From assembly GCA_902532675.1 (NCBI GenBank), contig CACAIY010000002.1:38774-102773 (forward strand): a DNA stretch of 64,000 nt, in the 5' to 3' direction. The position numbers and the translations under genes were made by a program. The DNA is from an uncultured SAR86 cluster bacterium (GTDB taxonomy: Bacteria > Pseudomonadota > Gammaproteobacteria > Magnimaribacterales > Magnimaribacteraceae). This document shows, one piece after another, positions 45,471-57,096 of this stretch; within the stretch, counting starts at the first letter, position 1, and the number at the start of each line of letters is the position of its first letter. Under the pieces are notes generated by a model. That model saw only the letters and a list, made by a program, of their open reading frames with translations, made no database searches and was not told where the DNA came from.

Positions 45471-46844
45471 TCAACTGTCTTTTAGCTGTTTAGCTAATCT
45501 ATTTGCTATGCCTGTATAAGAAGAAGGGGTTAGATTCTTTAGTGCGTTCTTTTCTTCTGAAGGTATATCAATTTTGTTTATCAAATTATGAAGATCTTCT
45601 TTGCTAATCTTTTTCCCTCGGGAAAGCTCTTTCATTAGCTCATAACCATCTTTAATTAGGTGTTTTCTAAATATCGTCTGCATAGCTTCAGTTAAAACCT
45701 CCCAGGAGCTATCGAGGTCATGTTTTAATTGATCTTTATTTATCTCTAACTTATAAACTCCTTTCAATAAAGAGAATAGGGCAAGATTAGTATGCCCATA
45801 ACACAATCCTATGTTTCTCATCACCGTTGAATCAGTTAAATCTCTTTGCCATCTCGAAATAACAACGGCATTAGACAGATGTTGAAAATTAGAATTCGCT
45901 AAACCTAAGTTGCCTTCAGCATTTTCAAAATCTATAGGGTTAACTTTGTGAGGCATTGTAGATGATCCAATTTCACCTTTTTTAAGTTTTTGTTTGAAGT
46001 AACCTAAAGATATATATCCCCAAATATCTCTACTAAAATCAATAAGTACATTATTTAGCCTAACGTAATTAAAAAATAACTCAGCCATTGAGTCTTTTGG
46101 TTCTACTTGAGTAGTGTGTGTGTTTACCTCTAAACCTAATCCTTTAATAAATTTTCTAGAGACTATTTCCCAATTTACATCTGGGTAAGCAATTGCATGT
46201 GCATTAAAGTTTCCTACGGCTCCGTTAATTTTGCCTTTTAAGGAAGTGCCTTTAATTGACTTATTGATAGAATTAATACGATGAACAAAATTAGCAAACT
46301 CTTTTCCCATTGTAGTTGGTGAAGCTGTTTGACCATGAGTTCTTGACAGCATAGGTGTATTTGAATATTGAACTGCTTTTTTTTTCAGAACTTTAATTAG
46401 GTTTTCAATATTTAAAGAGATAACTTTCGAGGCATCCTTAATCATTAATGAATAAGATAAATTATTTATATCTTCTGAAGTGCAGGCGAAATGGATAAAT
46501 TCAGAATATTTGTCTAAGGTTTTAACCTTAGAAAATTTCTCTTTCAAATAATACTCGACGGCTTTGACGTCATGATTGGTTCTTTTTTCTATAGATTTAA
46601 CACGTTTTGCATCATTTAATGAAAAATTGTTAACTAAATCATCAAGATAGCGAATATTCCTAATTGATAATTTAGGAAGTTCTTTGATTTTTGTAGTTTC
46701 AGCTAGGTGTTTAAACCACTCAACTTCTATAAAGAGTCTATATTTAATTAAACCGTATTCACTCGTTATATGTCTTAATTCACTATTTACAGCATTATAT
46801 CTACCATCAAGAGGAGAAATTGATAACAAAGAATCTATCTTCAT
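45471..46844 (-). CDS. purB: adenylosuccinate lyase
   Basis: 457 aa. LSISPLDGRY N-terminus, fumarate-lyase signature (GSSTMPHKVNP), collinear with E. coli PurB. Confidence 0.95.
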   Translation of the reverse strand: MKIDSLLSISPLDGRYNAVNSELRHITSEYGLIKYRLFIEVEWFKHLAETTKIKELPKLSIRNIRYLDDLVNNFSLNDAKRVKSIEKRTNHDVKAVEYYLKEKFSKVKTLDKYSEFIHFACTSEDINNLSYSLMIKDASKVISLNIENLIKVLKKKAVQYSNTPMLSRTHGQTASPTTMGKEFANFVHRINSINKSIKGTSLKGKINGAVGNFNAHAIAYPDVNWEIVSRKFIKGLGLEVNTHTTQVEPKDSMAELFFNYVRLNNVLIDFSRDIWGYISLGYFKQKLKKGEIGSSTMPHKVNPIDFENAEGNLGLANSNFQHLSNAVVISRWQRDLTDSTVMRNIGLCYGHTNLALFSLLKGVYKLEINKDQLKHDLDSSWEVLTEAMQTIFRKHLIKDGYELMKELSRGKKISKEDLHNLINKIDIPSEEKNALKNLTPSSYTGIANRLAKQLKDS

Positions 46845-46910
46845 CTAAATATTATAACTTATGTCTACTAATGCTTGCCTTGTAATTAAACTAGACGCAA
46901 ACTAGGTGTT

Positions 46911-48194
46911 ATGAAAAAGAATTTATTAATTTGGTTAAGTTTTTTGCTTAGCTTTAATGCAGTCACAAAAACGGTTATACATGCCGGTTACTTGATAGAT
47001 GGTAGTAATGATAATCCTATGAATGAGATGTCTATATATGTAGTAGATAATAAAATCTCTGAAATAGTAACTGGTTACATAGAGCCTGAACCTGATGACC
47101 AATATATAGATTTAAGTGGTTATACAGTACTTCCTGGTTTAATTGACATGCATGTTCATCTCACCTCAAACCAAAGTAGCACTAGCAGGTACACTGAGAG
47201 TACTAGCTTAAACCCGGCAGACTATGCAATTAGATCCGTTAATAATGCAAAAAAGACATTAATGGCAGGATTTACTACTGTAAGAAACTTAGGCGGTTCA
47301 GATACAGTTACTGTTTCATTAAGAAATGAGATTGCTAAAGGAACTGTACCTGGTCCCAGAATTTATACTGCAGGTTTATCAATTGCATCTACAGGCGGTC
47401 ATGCAGACGGAACTAATTCTTTAAACCGAGAACTGTCTTCTGATCCTGGACCTGCAGACGGAATCATTAATAGTCCGGTTGATGCATATAAAGCTGTTAG
47501 GCATAGATATAAAGAAGGAGCTGACTTAATTAAAATTACTGCAACTGGAGGAGTTTTAAGTAATGCTAAGAACGGTCAAAACCCACAAATGACATTAGAG
47601 GAAATAAAATCAGTCGTTGATGCGGCTAGAGATTATGGTTTTAAGGTTGCTGCTCATGCTCACGGGTCTGAGGGAATTATCCGCGCTGTAAAAGCAGGAG
47701 TGGATTCAATAGAGCATGGCACCCTAATGGACACAGAAGGCATGACTCTTATGAGAAAGGAAGGTACTTATTATGTACCCACGCTATTAGCTGGTGCTTG
47801 GGTTGCAGAAAAGGCTTTGATTGAAGATTATTATCCTCCTTTTGTTGAAAAAAAAGCACTTGAGATAGGACCGCAATTAATTTCTACCTTTTCTAGGGCT
47901 TATCAAGCAGGAGTTAAGATTGCCTTTGGTACTGACACAGGCGTAACCCCACATGGTGATAACGCTAAAGAATTTAAATTAATGGTTGAAGCTGGCATGA
48001 CAGAAAAGGAAGCCATTCTTTCAGCCACTTTTCACGCCTCAATTTTACTTGGAGAGGAAGAAAATCTTGGATCTATATCAAAGGGTAAGCTTGCGGATAT
48101 AATCGCAGTCTCAGGTAACCCTCTTGAAGATATAACAAATTTAGAATCAGTAGATTTTGTTATGAAAGATGGTAGTGTAGTAAAAAAACCTTAG
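46911..48194 (+). CDS. secreted amidohydrolase family metallo-hydrolase (Xaa-Pro dipeptidase / imidazolonepropionase-like)
   Basis: 427 aa with a signal peptide. Metal ligands DMHVHL, AHAHG, FGTDTG. Confidence 0.8.
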   Translation: MKKNLLIWLSFLLSFNAVTKTVIHAGYLIDGSNDNPMNEMSIYVVDNKISEIVTGYIEPEPDDQYIDLSGYTVLPGLIDMHVHLTSNQSSTSRYTESTSLNPADYAIRSVNNAKKTLMAGFTTVRNLGGSDTVTVSLRNEIAKGTVPGPRIYTAGLSIASTGGHADGTNSLNRELSSDPGPADGIINSPVDAYKAVRHRYKEGADLIKITATGGVLSNAKNGQNPQMTLEEIKSVVDAARDYGFKVAAHAHGSEGIIRAVKAGVDSIEHGTLMDTEGMTLMRKEGTYYVPTLLAGAWVAEKALIEDYYPPFVEKKALEIGPQLISTFSRAYQAGVKIAFGTDTGVTPHGDNAKEFKLMVEAGMTEKEAILSATFHASILLGEEENLGSISKGKLADIIAVSGNPLEDITNLESVDFVMKDGSVVKKP

Positions 48195-48199
48195 AAATT

Positions 48200-48811
48200 A
48201 TGAAATTTTACAACTCAATAGGACCCAATCCACACGTAGTAAGAATGTTCATCGAAGAACTTGGTATAGATATTGAATCCGTCGAAGTTGATTTAATGGC
48301 TGGAGAGAATAGACAGCAAGATCACTTATCTAGGAATCCTTCAGGTCAGATGCCTACTTTAGAACTTGATAGTGGTCAATTTATATCTGAAATAACTGTT
48401 ATATGTGATTACCTAGATGAACAACAAGGCTATACGGATCTTATGGGCAAGACTTCGGAGGCAAGAGCAGAGACAAGAATGTGGACTAGAAGAATAGATC
48501 TGCAGATAGTCGAACCATTAACTAATGGCTTTAGGTTTTCTGAAGGTCATGATTTCTTTAAAGACAGGCTAAGACTTATTCCGCAAGCAGCTGATGACTT
48601 AAAAACTTTAGCCCAAGAAAGAATAACTTGGCTAGATGGACAAATTAAAGATAAGCAATTTATTTGCGGAGATAGATTTTCTTTAGCTGACATTATGTTT
48701 TATTGTTTTTTAAATTTTGGAACTACGGTTGGGCAACCATTAAATGAAGATAATAAAAACGTAGTTAACCTTTATAACAAAATTCATTCTCGACCAAGCG
48801 CTTCAGCATAA
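48200..48811 (+). CDS. glutathione S-transferase family protein
   Basis: 203 aa. Thioredoxin-like N-domain (NP.GQMPTLE) and helical C-domain (SLADIMFYCFL). Confidence 0.85.
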   Translation: MKFYNSIGPNPHVVRMFIEELGIDIESVEVDLMAGENRQQDHLSRNPSGQMPTLELDSGQFISEITVICDYLDEQQGYTDLMGKTSEARAETRMWTRRIDLQIVEPLTNGFRFSEGHDFFKDRLRLIPQAADDLKTLAQERITWLDGQIKDKQFICGDRFSLADIMFYCFLNFGTTVGQPLNEDNKNVVNLYNKIHSRPSASA

Positions 48812-48906
48812 TAAATGCAAGAAGAAGATAGACTGAGAGCCTGGCTTTGTTCTATAGCTGTTTTTTTAATAATCTTGATTTGGTCTACGTCTAGCTTCTT
48901 TTAATT

Positions 48907-49146
48907 TTGAATTGGTATGTCTACATATTGGAGTGTAATGATAATTCGCTCTATACAGGCATTACTAATAACTTACAAAAGAGGATAACGACGCACAATT
49001 CTGGTAAAGGAGCGAAATACACAAAAGCTAGATTGCCAGTAAAACTTGTTTATAAGGAAACTTATAGGACAAAAAGTGATTCGTTAAAAAGGGAATTTGA
49101 GATAAAGAAATTAAAAAGAATACAAAAATTGAATTTAATTAATTGA
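48907..49146 (+). CDS. GIY-YIG nuclease family protein (UPF0213, YhbQ-like)
   Basis: 79 aa, TTG start. WYVYILECNDNSLYTGITNNLQKRITTHNSGKGAKYTK matches the GIY-YIG/YhbQ pattern. The 3' end overlaps mnmA by 12 nt, convergently. Confidence 0.8.
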   Translation: MNWYVYILECNDNSLYTGITNNLQKRITTHNSGKGAKYTKARLPVKLVYKETYRTKSDSLKREFEIKKLKRIQKLNLIN

Positions 49147-50202
49147 TTCTATCTCTCCGCCACCTAAACACTCATTTTCATTGTAAATAACTACAGATTG
49201 TCCTGGGGTTACAGCTCTTTGAGGTTCTGCAAACTTCACTATGATTTTATTTTTATCTATTTTGATATCACATTCTTGGTCTGCTTGCCGATATCTAACT
49301 TTGGCAGTGCCCTTAAATTCTTTGCCAATTTCGTCATTTAATAAATACTTATTCCTAGTTGTTAGTTTATTTGAAAAGAGCAGGGGATGATCATTCCCTT
49401 GAACCACAGTCAGTGTATTTGTCTTATTATTTTTACTGGCTACGTACCAAGGATCATTGTTCGATCCTTTTAGGCCTCCTATACCAATACCTTGTCTTTG
49501 ACCCAACGTATAGTATTGAAGGCCTTTATGTTCGCCTAGTTCCTTACCATCTTCATCTATAATTTTTCCTATATTCTCTTCAACATAGTTTGATATAAAT
49601 TCTGGAAAAGGCCGTTCTCCAATAAAACAAATACCCGTACTGTCCTTTTTCTCACTTGTCACCAATGAATTATCTCTAGCTATTTGCCTGACCTGATTTT
49701 TATCTATCTCACCAATAGGAAAAAGAGTTTTTGATAACACGGACCTATCAATGGCATGCAGGAAGTATGTTTGATCTTTGTTTACATCAAAAGCCTTTAA
49801 TAATTTGGAATTAACTGTTTGCGCATAATGACCTGTAGCAATGTAATCGAAGTTTTGCGTTATGGCATATTCGTAAAATTCTTTAAATTTAATCTCTTTG
49901 TTACACAGAATATCAGGGTTTGGAGTTCTTCCTTCTTCTAATTCTTCTAAAAAGTAAGAAAATACTCTGTCTTTATATTCTTTAGCAAAATTAGCTTCAT
50001 AAAGAGGAATATTTAGTTGGTCTGCAACAAAGGCAGCGTCCATAAAGTCCTCTTTTACGCTGCAATAAGGTGATCCGTCATCATCGTCCCAGTTTTTCAT
50101 GAATAGACCATGCACTTCATACCCTTTCTCTTTAAGAATAAATGCTGAGACAGATGAATCAACGCCGCCTGACATTCCTACTAAGACCTTAGTTTTACTC
50201 AT
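49135..50202 (-). CDS. mnmA: tRNA 2-thiouridine(34) synthase
   Basis: 355 aa. PP-loop GMSGGVDSSV, catalytic Cys segments (NPDILCN; STGICFIGE). Confidence 0.95.
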   Translation of the reverse strand: MSKTKVLVGMSGGVDSSVSAFILKEKGYEVHGLFMKNWDDDDGSPYCSVKEDFMDAAFVADQLNIPLYEANFAKEYKDRVFSYFLEELEEGRTPNPDILCNKEIKFKEFYEYAITQNFDYIATGHYAQTVNSKLLKAFDVNKDQTYFLHAIDRSVLSKTLFPIGEIDKNQVRQIARDNSLVTSEKKDSTGICFIGERPFPEFISNYVEENIGKIIDEDGKELGEHKGLQYYTLGQRQGIGIGGLKGSNNDPWYVASKNNKTNTLTVVQGNDHPLLFSNKLTTRNKYLLNDEIGKEFKGTAKVRYRQADQECDIKIDKNKIIVKFAEPQRAVTPGQSVVIYNENECLGGGEIESIN

Positions 50203-50274
50203 AAAAGCTTAAATTAACCTTATTTTCCTTTTAATATATAATGCTGCCCACAAAAGGAATTATACAGAGCAATT

Positions 50275-51534
50275 ATGAAATTCGAACATATCAGTGAGCC
50301 TAAAAATGGTACAAAAATTACAATTGATAAATCAGGCAAATTAGATATCCCAGATAATCCAATTATTCCCTTTATAGAAGGTGATGGTATTGGTTCTGAT
50401 ATTACGCCTGCAATGATACAAGTTGTGGACAGTGCAGTAGAAAAATCTTATGAAGGTAAAAGAAAAATAGAATGGATGGAAATATATTGTGGAGAAAAAT
50501 CCACGGTAGTTTATGGAGAAGATAATTGGCTGCCACCTGAAACTCTTAAAGCCTTAGAAACTTATTTAGTAGGTATAAAAGGCCCTTTGACTACACCCGT
50601 AGGAGGTGGAATAAGGTCTCTGAATGTTGCTTTAAGACAGGAATTAGATCTATATGTATGCCAAAGACCTGTTAGGTATTTTGATGGAGTACCAAGCCCA
50701 GTGACTAATCCGGAAAAGACAGACATGGTTATCTTTCGCGAAAACTCTGAAGATATATATGCAGGAATAGAATGGGAAGCTGGATCAGATGAAGCTCAAA
50801 AAGTTATAAAATTCCTTACTGAAGAAATGGGCGTCACTAAGATAAGATTTGCCGAAGATTGCGGTATAGGTGTAAAGCCAGTTTCTAAACAAGGAACTGA
50901 GCGCCTAGTTGATAAAGCAATTCGTTACGCCATAGATAACGATAGAGATTCAGTAACTTTAGTCCATAAAGGTAATATTATGAAGTTTACTGAAGGGTCC
51001 TTTAAAGATTGGGGCTATCAATATGCAGCGTCAGCATACGGTGCAGTAGAATTAGATGGCGGACCATGGCATTCACTTAAGAATCCAGATACTGGTAAAG
51101 AAATTATTATTAAAGATGTAATTGCAGATGCTTTTTTGCAACAGATTCTAACTAGGCCAGATGAATACAGTGTTATAGCTACATTAAATTTGAATGGTGA
51201 CTATATATCTGATGCATTGGCGGCGGAAGTAGGGGGCATAGGTATAGCGCCGGGAGCTAATCTTGGTGATAAAGTAGCTCTATTTGAAGCTACACACGGA
51301 ACTGCACCAAAATACACAGGACTAGATAAAGTTAATCCTGGATCTTTGATTCTTTCAGCAGAAATGATGCTTAGATACATGGGATGGACGGAAGCGGCGG
51401 ATTTAATTATTGAAGGTTTAGCCAAAACAATTAGCCAAAAAACAGTTACTTATGACTTCGAAAGATTAATGACAGATGCAAGCCTTTTAAAATGTTCTGA
51501 ATTTGGAGAAGCTATTATTAATAACATGGATTAA
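50275..51534 (+). CDS. icd: NADP-dependent isocitrate dehydrogenase (homodimeric type)
   Basis: 419 aa. [30 protein letters not shown], collinear with E. coli Icd. Confidence 0.95.
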   Translation: MKFEHISEPKNGTKITIDKSGKLDIPDNPIIPFIEGDGIGSDITPAMIQVVDSAVEKSYEGKRKIEWMEIYCGEKSTVVYGEDNWLPPETLKALETYLVGIKGPLTTPVGGGIRSLNVALRQELDLYVCQRPVRYFDGVPSPVTNPEKTDMVIFRENSEDIYAGIEWEAGSDEAQKVIKFLTEEMGVTKIRFAEDCGIGVKPVSKQGTERLVDKAIRYAIDNDRDSVTLVHKGNIMKFTEGSFKDWGYQYAASAYGAVELDGGPWHSLKNPDTGKEIIIKDVIADAFLQQILTRPDEYSVIATLNLNGDYISDALAAEVGGIGIAPGANLGDKVALFEATHGTAPKYTGLDKVNPGSLILSAEMMLRYMGWTEAADLIIEGLAKTISQKTVTYDFERLMTDASLLKCSEFGEAIINNMD

Positions 51535-51890
51535 TGTCCTATATAGATAATAATAAAGATTCTAAACAAGACGAAGATCAAGGCAATACTTCTGCTGTTG
51601 CAACTTTAGAAAAACCAAAAGTAAAAAAACCTCCGCTTTACAGAGTAATCCTTCTCAATGACGATTACACTCCCATGGAATTTGTTGTATATGTTCTCCA
51701 AATGTTTTTTGGATTTGAAGGAGACAAGGCACAACAAATTATGTTAGCTGTTCATACACATGGAAAGGGAGTTTGTGGTATCTTTACCAAAGAAGTTGCC
51801 GAAACGAAGAGTGCACAAGTTAATAATTTTGCTAAAGAAAATGGCCACCCTCTATTAAGTGATATAGAACAAGTAGAAGAAGATGATTGA
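51534..51890 (+). CDS. clpS: ATP-dependent Clp protease adaptor ClpS
   Basis: 118 aa. Core [20 protein letters not shown]...[11 protein letters not shown]. The start overlaps the icd stop (TAATG). Confidence 0.93.
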   Translation: MSYIDNNKDSKQDEDQGNTSAVATLEKPKVKKPPLYRVILLNDDYTPMEFVVYVLQMFFGFEGDKAQQIMLAVHTHGKGVCGIFTKEVAETKSAQVNNFAKENGHPLLSDIEQVEEDD

Positions 51891-54144
51891 TAATGAATTA
51901 GAACAAAATCTAAACGAAGCTTTTAAACTGGCCCATACCCAAAAACATGAGTTCGTAACTGTTGAACATCTCCTTTTATCGCTTCTTGAAAATTCTGACT
52001 CTTTAGATCTTTTAAATTCAAACAAGGTTAATATTGACCAATTACGTACTGATCTTGAAGAGTTTATTGGCTCTACAACACCAAAAATAGAAAAAGAAGA
52101 AGTATCAGAGATACAACCTACATTGGGTTTTCAAAGAGTATTACAGAGAGCAGTCTTTCATGTTCAATCTTCAGGTAAAAGCGAAGTCAAAGGTAGTAAT
52201 ATTCTAGTTGCAATATTCAGTGAAAAAGAATCACAAAGCGTTTATCTGTTGGAACAACAAGGTTTAACCAGGCTAGATGCTGTAAGTTATTTAAGTCATG
52301 GAAGTTCTGAAAAGGTAAGCGTTGAAGGTGACGATTCTCAAACTGAAACTAATGAACCAGATTCTAATACTGCTCTAGAAAAATTTACCTTGAATCTTAA
52401 TAAAGAAGCCTTAGAGGGAAGAATAGATCCTTTAATAGGAAGAGCAGATGAAATTGAAAGGTTAACTCAGATTCTTGCAAGAAGAAGTAAAAATAACCCT
52501 TTATTGGTAGGAGAGTCAGGTGTTGGTAAAACAGCTATAGCAGAAGGACTTGCAAAACTTATAACTGAAAAAAAAGTACCTGATCTTATCAAAGACAGCG
52601 TTATCTATTCTTTAGACATGGGATCTTTGCTTGCTGGTACAAAATATAGAGGTGATTTTGAAGAAAGACTAAAAGCAGTTTTAAAAGAACTAGAAAATGA
52701 TGAGTCAGCTATTCTTTTTATTGATGAAATACATACTATTATCGGAGCTGGTGCAACATCAGGTGGGGTTATGGATGCGTCAAATTTATTAAAACCAGCT
52801 CTTGCAAAAAGGGGTCTTCAATTTGTAGGTTCAACAACTTATAAAGAATTTAGAGGCATATTTGAAAAAGACAGGGCATTGTCCAGAAGGTTCCAAAAAA
52901 TAGAGATACCTGAACCATCTGTAGATGAAACAATAGCTATATTAAAAGGCCTAAAAACACGATTTGAAGAACATCATGATATTAAATACACAGAAGGTGC
53001 TTTAAAAGCAGCTGCTTCATTGGCATCAAAGCATATAAACGATCGTTTTCTACCCGATAAAGCAATAGATGTTGTAGATGAAGCTGGAGCAAGACAAAAA
53101 TTACTTACAAAATCTAAAAGAAAGAAGACTATCTCAGAGATAGATATAGAAAAGATAGTTGCATCTATAGCTAGAATCCCTGAAAAAACAGTTTCTTCTT
53201 CCGATAAAAAGTCTTTAGAGAAATTAGAAGAAAACTTGAAACGAGTTATTTTTGGACAAGATCAAGCGGTAGAAAGTTTGTCTTCATCTATAAAGTTAGC
53301 TAGAGCAGGACTAAGGGTAGAAGAGAAGCCTGTCGGTTCGTTCTTATTTTCTGGCCCTACAGGAGTTGGAAAAACTGAAGTAAGTAAGCAATTAGCCAAG
53401 ATCATGGGTATAGAATTTGTAAGATTTGATATGTCTGAATATATGGAACGACATACTGTCTCAAGGTTAATAGGAGCGCCTCCTGGTTACGTAGGTTATG
53501 ACCAGGGCGGGTTGTTAACAGAATCAGTTAGCAAGCACCCTCACTCAGTTATTTTGCTGGATGAAATAGAGAAAGCACACCCTGAAGTATTTAATATTCT
53601 CTTACAAGTAATGGATCATGGAACATTAACTGACAATAACGGAAGAAAAGCAGACTTTAGAAATACTGTAGTAATTATGACCACTAATGCAGGAGCTCAA
53701 GATATGAGTAGGGCAAGCATGGGTTTTCAATCACAAGACCACTCAAGTGATGCTACAGAAATGATTAAAAAAACGTTCTCGCCTGAATTTAGAAATAGAC
53801 TTGATGGCATAATTCAATTCAATCCTTTACCAGTTGAAGTTATAAAGACAGTAGTAGATAAATTCTTAGTTGAATTACAAGTCCAATTAGATCAGCAAAA
53901 AGTTCAATTAGAAGTTTCGGATGAAGTAAGAGAATGGTTAATAGAAAATGGATATGATAAAAATATGGGTGCTAGACCAATGGAAAGACTTATTCAAGAT
54001 TCTATTAAAAAGCTGTTAGCTGAAGAAATATTGTTTGGTAAATTATCTAAAGTGGGCGGAATCGCTTATGTTGACCTTAAAGATGGTGAAATCTCTATTG
54101 AGTTTAAAGAGAATGCGAAGAAAAAAGTGAAGGTTAAAAATTGA
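51883..54144 (+). CDS. clpA: ATP-dependent Clp protease ATP-binding subunit ClpA
   Basis: 753 aa. Clp N-domain and two AAA+ modules (GESGVGKTA; GPTGVGKTE), sensor and arginine-finger regions. 8-nt overlap with clpS. Confidence 0.95.
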   Translation: MIDNELEQNLNEAFKLAHTQKHEFVTVEHLLLSLLENSDSLDLLNSNKVNIDQLRTDLEEFIGSTTPKIEKEEVSEIQPTLGFQRVLQRAVFHVQSSGKSEVKGSNILVAIFSEKESQSVYLLEQQGLTRLDAVSYLSHGSSEKVSVEGDDSQTETNEPDSNTALEKFTLNLNKEALEGRIDPLIGRADEIERLTQILARRSKNNPLLVGESGVGKTAIAEGLAKLITEKKVPDLIKDSVIYSLDMGSLLAGTKYRGDFEERLKAVLKELENDESAILFIDEIHTIIGAGATSGGVMDASNLLKPALAKRGLQFVGSTTYKEFRGIFEKDRALSRRFQKIEIPEPSVDETIAILKGLKTRFEEHHDIKYTEGALKAAASLASKHINDRFLPDKAIDVVDEAGARQKLLTKSKRKKTISEIDIEKIVASIARIPEKTVSSSDKKSLEKLEENLKRVIFGQDQAVESLSSSIKLARAGLRVEEKPVGSFLFSGPTGVGKTEVSKQLAKIMGIEFVRFDMSEYMERHTVSRLIGAPPGYVGYDQGGLLTESVSKHPHSVILLDEIEKAHPEVFNILLQVMDHGTLTDNNGRKADFRNTVVIMTTNAGAQDMSRASMGFQSQDHSSDATEMIKKTFSPEFRNRLDGIIQFNPLPVEVIKTVVDKFLVELQVQLDQQKVQLEVSDEVREWLIENGYDKNMGARPMERLIQDSIKKLLAEEILFGKLSKVGGIAYVDLKDGEISIEFKENAKKKVKVKN

Positions 54145-55307
54145 AAAAATTTACTTTATTTTTCTTTCTTTTTTCTCTTTCTATAAATATTTTTTCTGAA
54201 GAAGCAGATACTACTCAAACTGAACCTGAAAACAGCATTCTTTTTTGGGATAAACAACAGAAGATAGCTGGGTTTAAAAATGGTTATAATTTTGTTCCCT
54301 CAAGGGCTATTAATAAAAGCACAGAACCTTATCCTTTAAATTACCTATTATTAGATTTTTCTAAACTTACATATCAATACAAAGGAAAAACTTTCACTTT
54401 AGAAGACTATATTAATAAATTTAATGTAGCAGGGATGATGATAGTAAGACGGGGCAATATACTTTATGAAAACTATAATTTTGGTAATGATAAAGACTCT
54501 AAATGGATTTCCTTTTCAGTTACAAAATCAGTTACGTCTATGCTGCTCGGTGCAGCTATACAAGATGGTTTTATTAAAAACATTAAAGACCCAGTAACTA
54601 AATATTTACCCGAACTATCTGAAAGTAATTATAAAAATGTATCTATTAAGCATATTCTTCAAATGTCTTCTGGAATTGAATGGAACGAAGATTATGATGA
54701 TCCTTACTCTGATGTTAATTTAGCTGCTGGTTTAAACTCCTCAGACCTTTACAAATATTTATCAAAATTAGAGATGACAGGTAAGCCAGGTAAAAAATTT
54801 AATTACAACACTGCTGAAAGCAATCTTATTGGCGGAATAGTGCGTTCAGCAGTTGGAAGCAACCTATCAAGCTATTTAGAAAATAAAATATGGAAACCTT
54901 TTGGAATGGAATCTGATGCACATTGGGCTTTAGATACTAAGTTCTCAGATGAGTTAGGCGGTTGTTGTATTTATGCAACATTGAAAGACTATATAAGAGT
55001 AGGAATTTTTGCTTTGAACCAAGGTAAGTTAAGAAATGGTACAGAAGTACTTCCAAAGAAATGGATTAAAGATTCCACAAAAGCCTCTAAAGGGTATAGA
55101 TATTATGGTTACCAATGGTGGTTAAGTGGACCTCCTTATAAATCTTATTACGCTCAAGGCATCTTTGGTCAAATGATATGGATAGATCCACCCACTCAAA
55201 CAGTTATTGCAATGCACAGTGCGCAAGATAAGGCATGGACTCCAGAGGCAGATCAGCATAAGTTTGCTTTGCTTACAGCAATAATGATTAAACTCTATAA
55301 TCTTTAG
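54141..55307 (+). CDS. secreted serine hydrolase (beta-lactamase/class C esterase family)
   Basis: 388 aa with a signal peptide. SxxK (SVTKS), YxN (YNT). TTG start overlapping the clpA stop (TTGA). Confidence 0.8.
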   Translation: MKKFTLFFFLFSLSINIFSEEADTTQTEPENSILFWDKQQKIAGFKNGYNFVPSRAINKSTEPYPLNYLLLDFSKLTYQYKGKTFTLEDYINKFNVAGMMIVRRGNILYENYNFGNDKDSKWISFSVTKSVTSMLLGAAIQDGFIKNIKDPVTKYLPELSESNYKNVSIKHILQMSSGIEWNEDYDDPYSDVNLAAGLNSSDLYKYLSKLEMTGKPGKKFNYNTAESNLIGGIVRSAVGSNLSSYLENKIWKPFGMESDAHWALDTKFSDELGGCCIYATLKDYIRVGIFALNQGKLRNGTEVLPKKWIKDSTKASKGYRYYGYQWWLSGPPYKSYYAQGIFGQMIWIDPPTQTVIAMHSAQDKAWTPEADQHKFALLTAIMIKLYNL

Positions 55308-55313
55308 AGAGCC

Positions 55314-55532
55314 TTATCTTTCTCTAAAAATGATTCTACCCTTAGAAAGGTCATACGGAGTTATTTCAACTTTAACTTTGTCTCCAGTAAGTATTCTTAT
55401 GTAATGCTTGCGCATTTTTCCTGAGATATGTGCTGTAACAATATGATCATTGTCTAGCTTTACCCTAAAAGTAGTATTAGGAAGGGTTTCAACAACCTCC
55501 CCATCCATTTCTATTAAATCTTGTTTTGCCAT
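55314..55532 (-). CDS. infA: translation initiation factor IF-1
   Basis: 72 aa, [72 protein letters not shown]. Almost identical in pattern to E. coli InfA. Confidence 0.97.
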   Translation of the reverse strand: MAKQDLIEMDGEVVETLPNTTFRVKLDNDHIVTAHISGKMRKHYIRILTGDKVKVEITPYDLSKGRIIFRER

Positions 55533-55676
55533 ATATAATACATTTTCTACTAGTTAGGAGAATTTCTAAAGTAAAAGATGAAAGAAAAAGAATTTAAATT
55601 TGGAAGATTGTTGCTTTTTTTAGCCTCAGTTACTATTTTTATAGCAATAGCAAGTTATGTGCTAGATAAATTTTTC

Positions 55677-56885
55677 TTAGTCTATTGATTGAACTATATT
55701 TTTATCGATCAAAGCTTGAATTTTAATCTCATCATATCCAGCCCATTCTTTTAAAATTTCTTTAGTATTTTTACCTAAATGAGGAGGGGGCGTGTAAGAA
55801 TCTTCATTTGTATAGGATAGTTTTACAGGATTTCCGGGCATTTTTACTTTTCCACCATCAGGGTGTTCTACCTCTACCACCATATTTCTATGAATTACTT
55901 GTTCATCTGATAAAGCTTGACTGAAAGTATTTATAGGACCACAAGGGACCTTTGCATCATTTAAAGCTTTAATCCAAAATTCAGAAGGTTTAGTTGAAAG
56001 GATTTTGTTCAATTCAGCTTCTATAAATTCTTGATTTTTTAATCTATCAACTGATTTACTAAATTTAGCATCTCTAAGGCTATCAACATTTACTACATTT
56101 AAAAGAGCTTCCCAGAAAGCATCTGTTATAACCGCTATGACAACAAAACCATTTTGTGTAGTAAAGCTATTGTAAGGTACGTGAACAAAATGAGCATTAC
56201 CAATGGGCTCAGGATCAATATCTGATAAGGTTTGCATGGTTGCCATGTAAGTTAAAAGTGATATTTGTACATCTAAGAGTGACATGTCGATATGTTGACC
56301 CATGTTAGTTTGCTCACGAGAGAGGAGGGCGGATAAAATTCCAATTACACTATAAAGACCCGAACCTAAATCTCCTATAGGTATACCAGCTCTAGTTGGA
56401 GTTTCAGCATCAGGTCCTGTTACTGACATACCTCCACTATAAGCTTGAACTATCTGATCATATGCAGGTCTGGAAGAGTGGGGTCCAGTTTCACCAAATC
56501 CTGTTATAGAGCATGTGATTATTCGAGGATTTATGCTTTTTAATGAATCAAAGTCAATTTTTAACTTATTGACTACACCAGCACTGAAATTGTTGAGAAC
56601 AACATCTGCTGATTTAACTAGATCATAAAAAACGTTTAAACCTTGGTCTGATTTAAGATCTAGAGAAACGCTTTTTTTGTTTCTATTTAGAGTTAGGAAA
56701 TAAGCTCCAAAGTCTTTAAAAGAGTAATTTGGATCAGATTGAAGCAGGCCGCGTGTCATTTCACCTGGAGCTAATGGTTCAACTTTAACTACTTCTGCAC
56801 CTAAATCAGCTATAACCATGCCTGCATAGGGACCAGCTAGCATATGGGTCAAATCAATTACTTTTATACCATTAAGAGGCTTCAT
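55677..56885 (-). CDS. family III CoA-transferase (CaiB/BaiF/Frc-like)
   Basis: 402 aa. N-terminal GIKVIDLTHMLAGPYAGMVIADLGAEVVKVE and a catalytic Asp region (GIPIGDLGSG) are typical of class III CoA-transferases. Confidence 0.9.
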   Translation of the reverse strand: MKPLNGIKVIDLTHMLAGPYAGMVIADLGAEVVKVEPLAPGEMTRGLLQSDPNYSFKDFGAYFLTLNRNKKSVSLDLKSDQGLNVFYDLVKSADVVLNNFSAGVVNKLKIDFDSLKSINPRIITCSITGFGETGPHSSRPAYDQIVQAYSGGMSVTGPDAETPTRAGIPIGDLGSGLYSVIGILSALLSREQTNMGQHIDMSLLDVQISLLTYMATMQTLSDIDPEPIGNAHFVHVPYNSFTTQNGFVVIAVITDAFWEALLNVVNVDSLRDAKFSKSVDRLKNQEFIEAELNKILSTKPSEFWIKALNDAKVPCGPINTFSQALSDEQVIHRNMVVEVEHPDGGKVKMPGNPVKLSYTNEDSYTPPPHLGKNTKEILKEWAGYDEIKIQALIDKNIVQSID

Positions 56886-57096
56886 ATTGTGCGCATTGTA
56901 CTACATGCTTTATATCACTATAAGTCTATAGAAAGAGTAGGGTTAAAGACTATGTTGTTAAATCTGTGGATAAATAGTTAATTTAACATAATATATATTA
57001 TACGAATATATAATAACTCAATATAGTATTTAGGTCTAAAAATTAATCAATATATAGTTTTCTTTCATTTTTCTCTTTAAGATAAGATGCTTAAAA

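Noticed and set aside
56886-57096. AT-rich 210-bp region upstream of the CoA-transferase with TATA-type quasi-palindromes (..ATATATATTATACGAATATATAATAA..), considered as an operator.
   Set aside because: The best inverted repeat is only about 4 bp. The sequence is low-complexity AT, and no regulator gene is adjacent.
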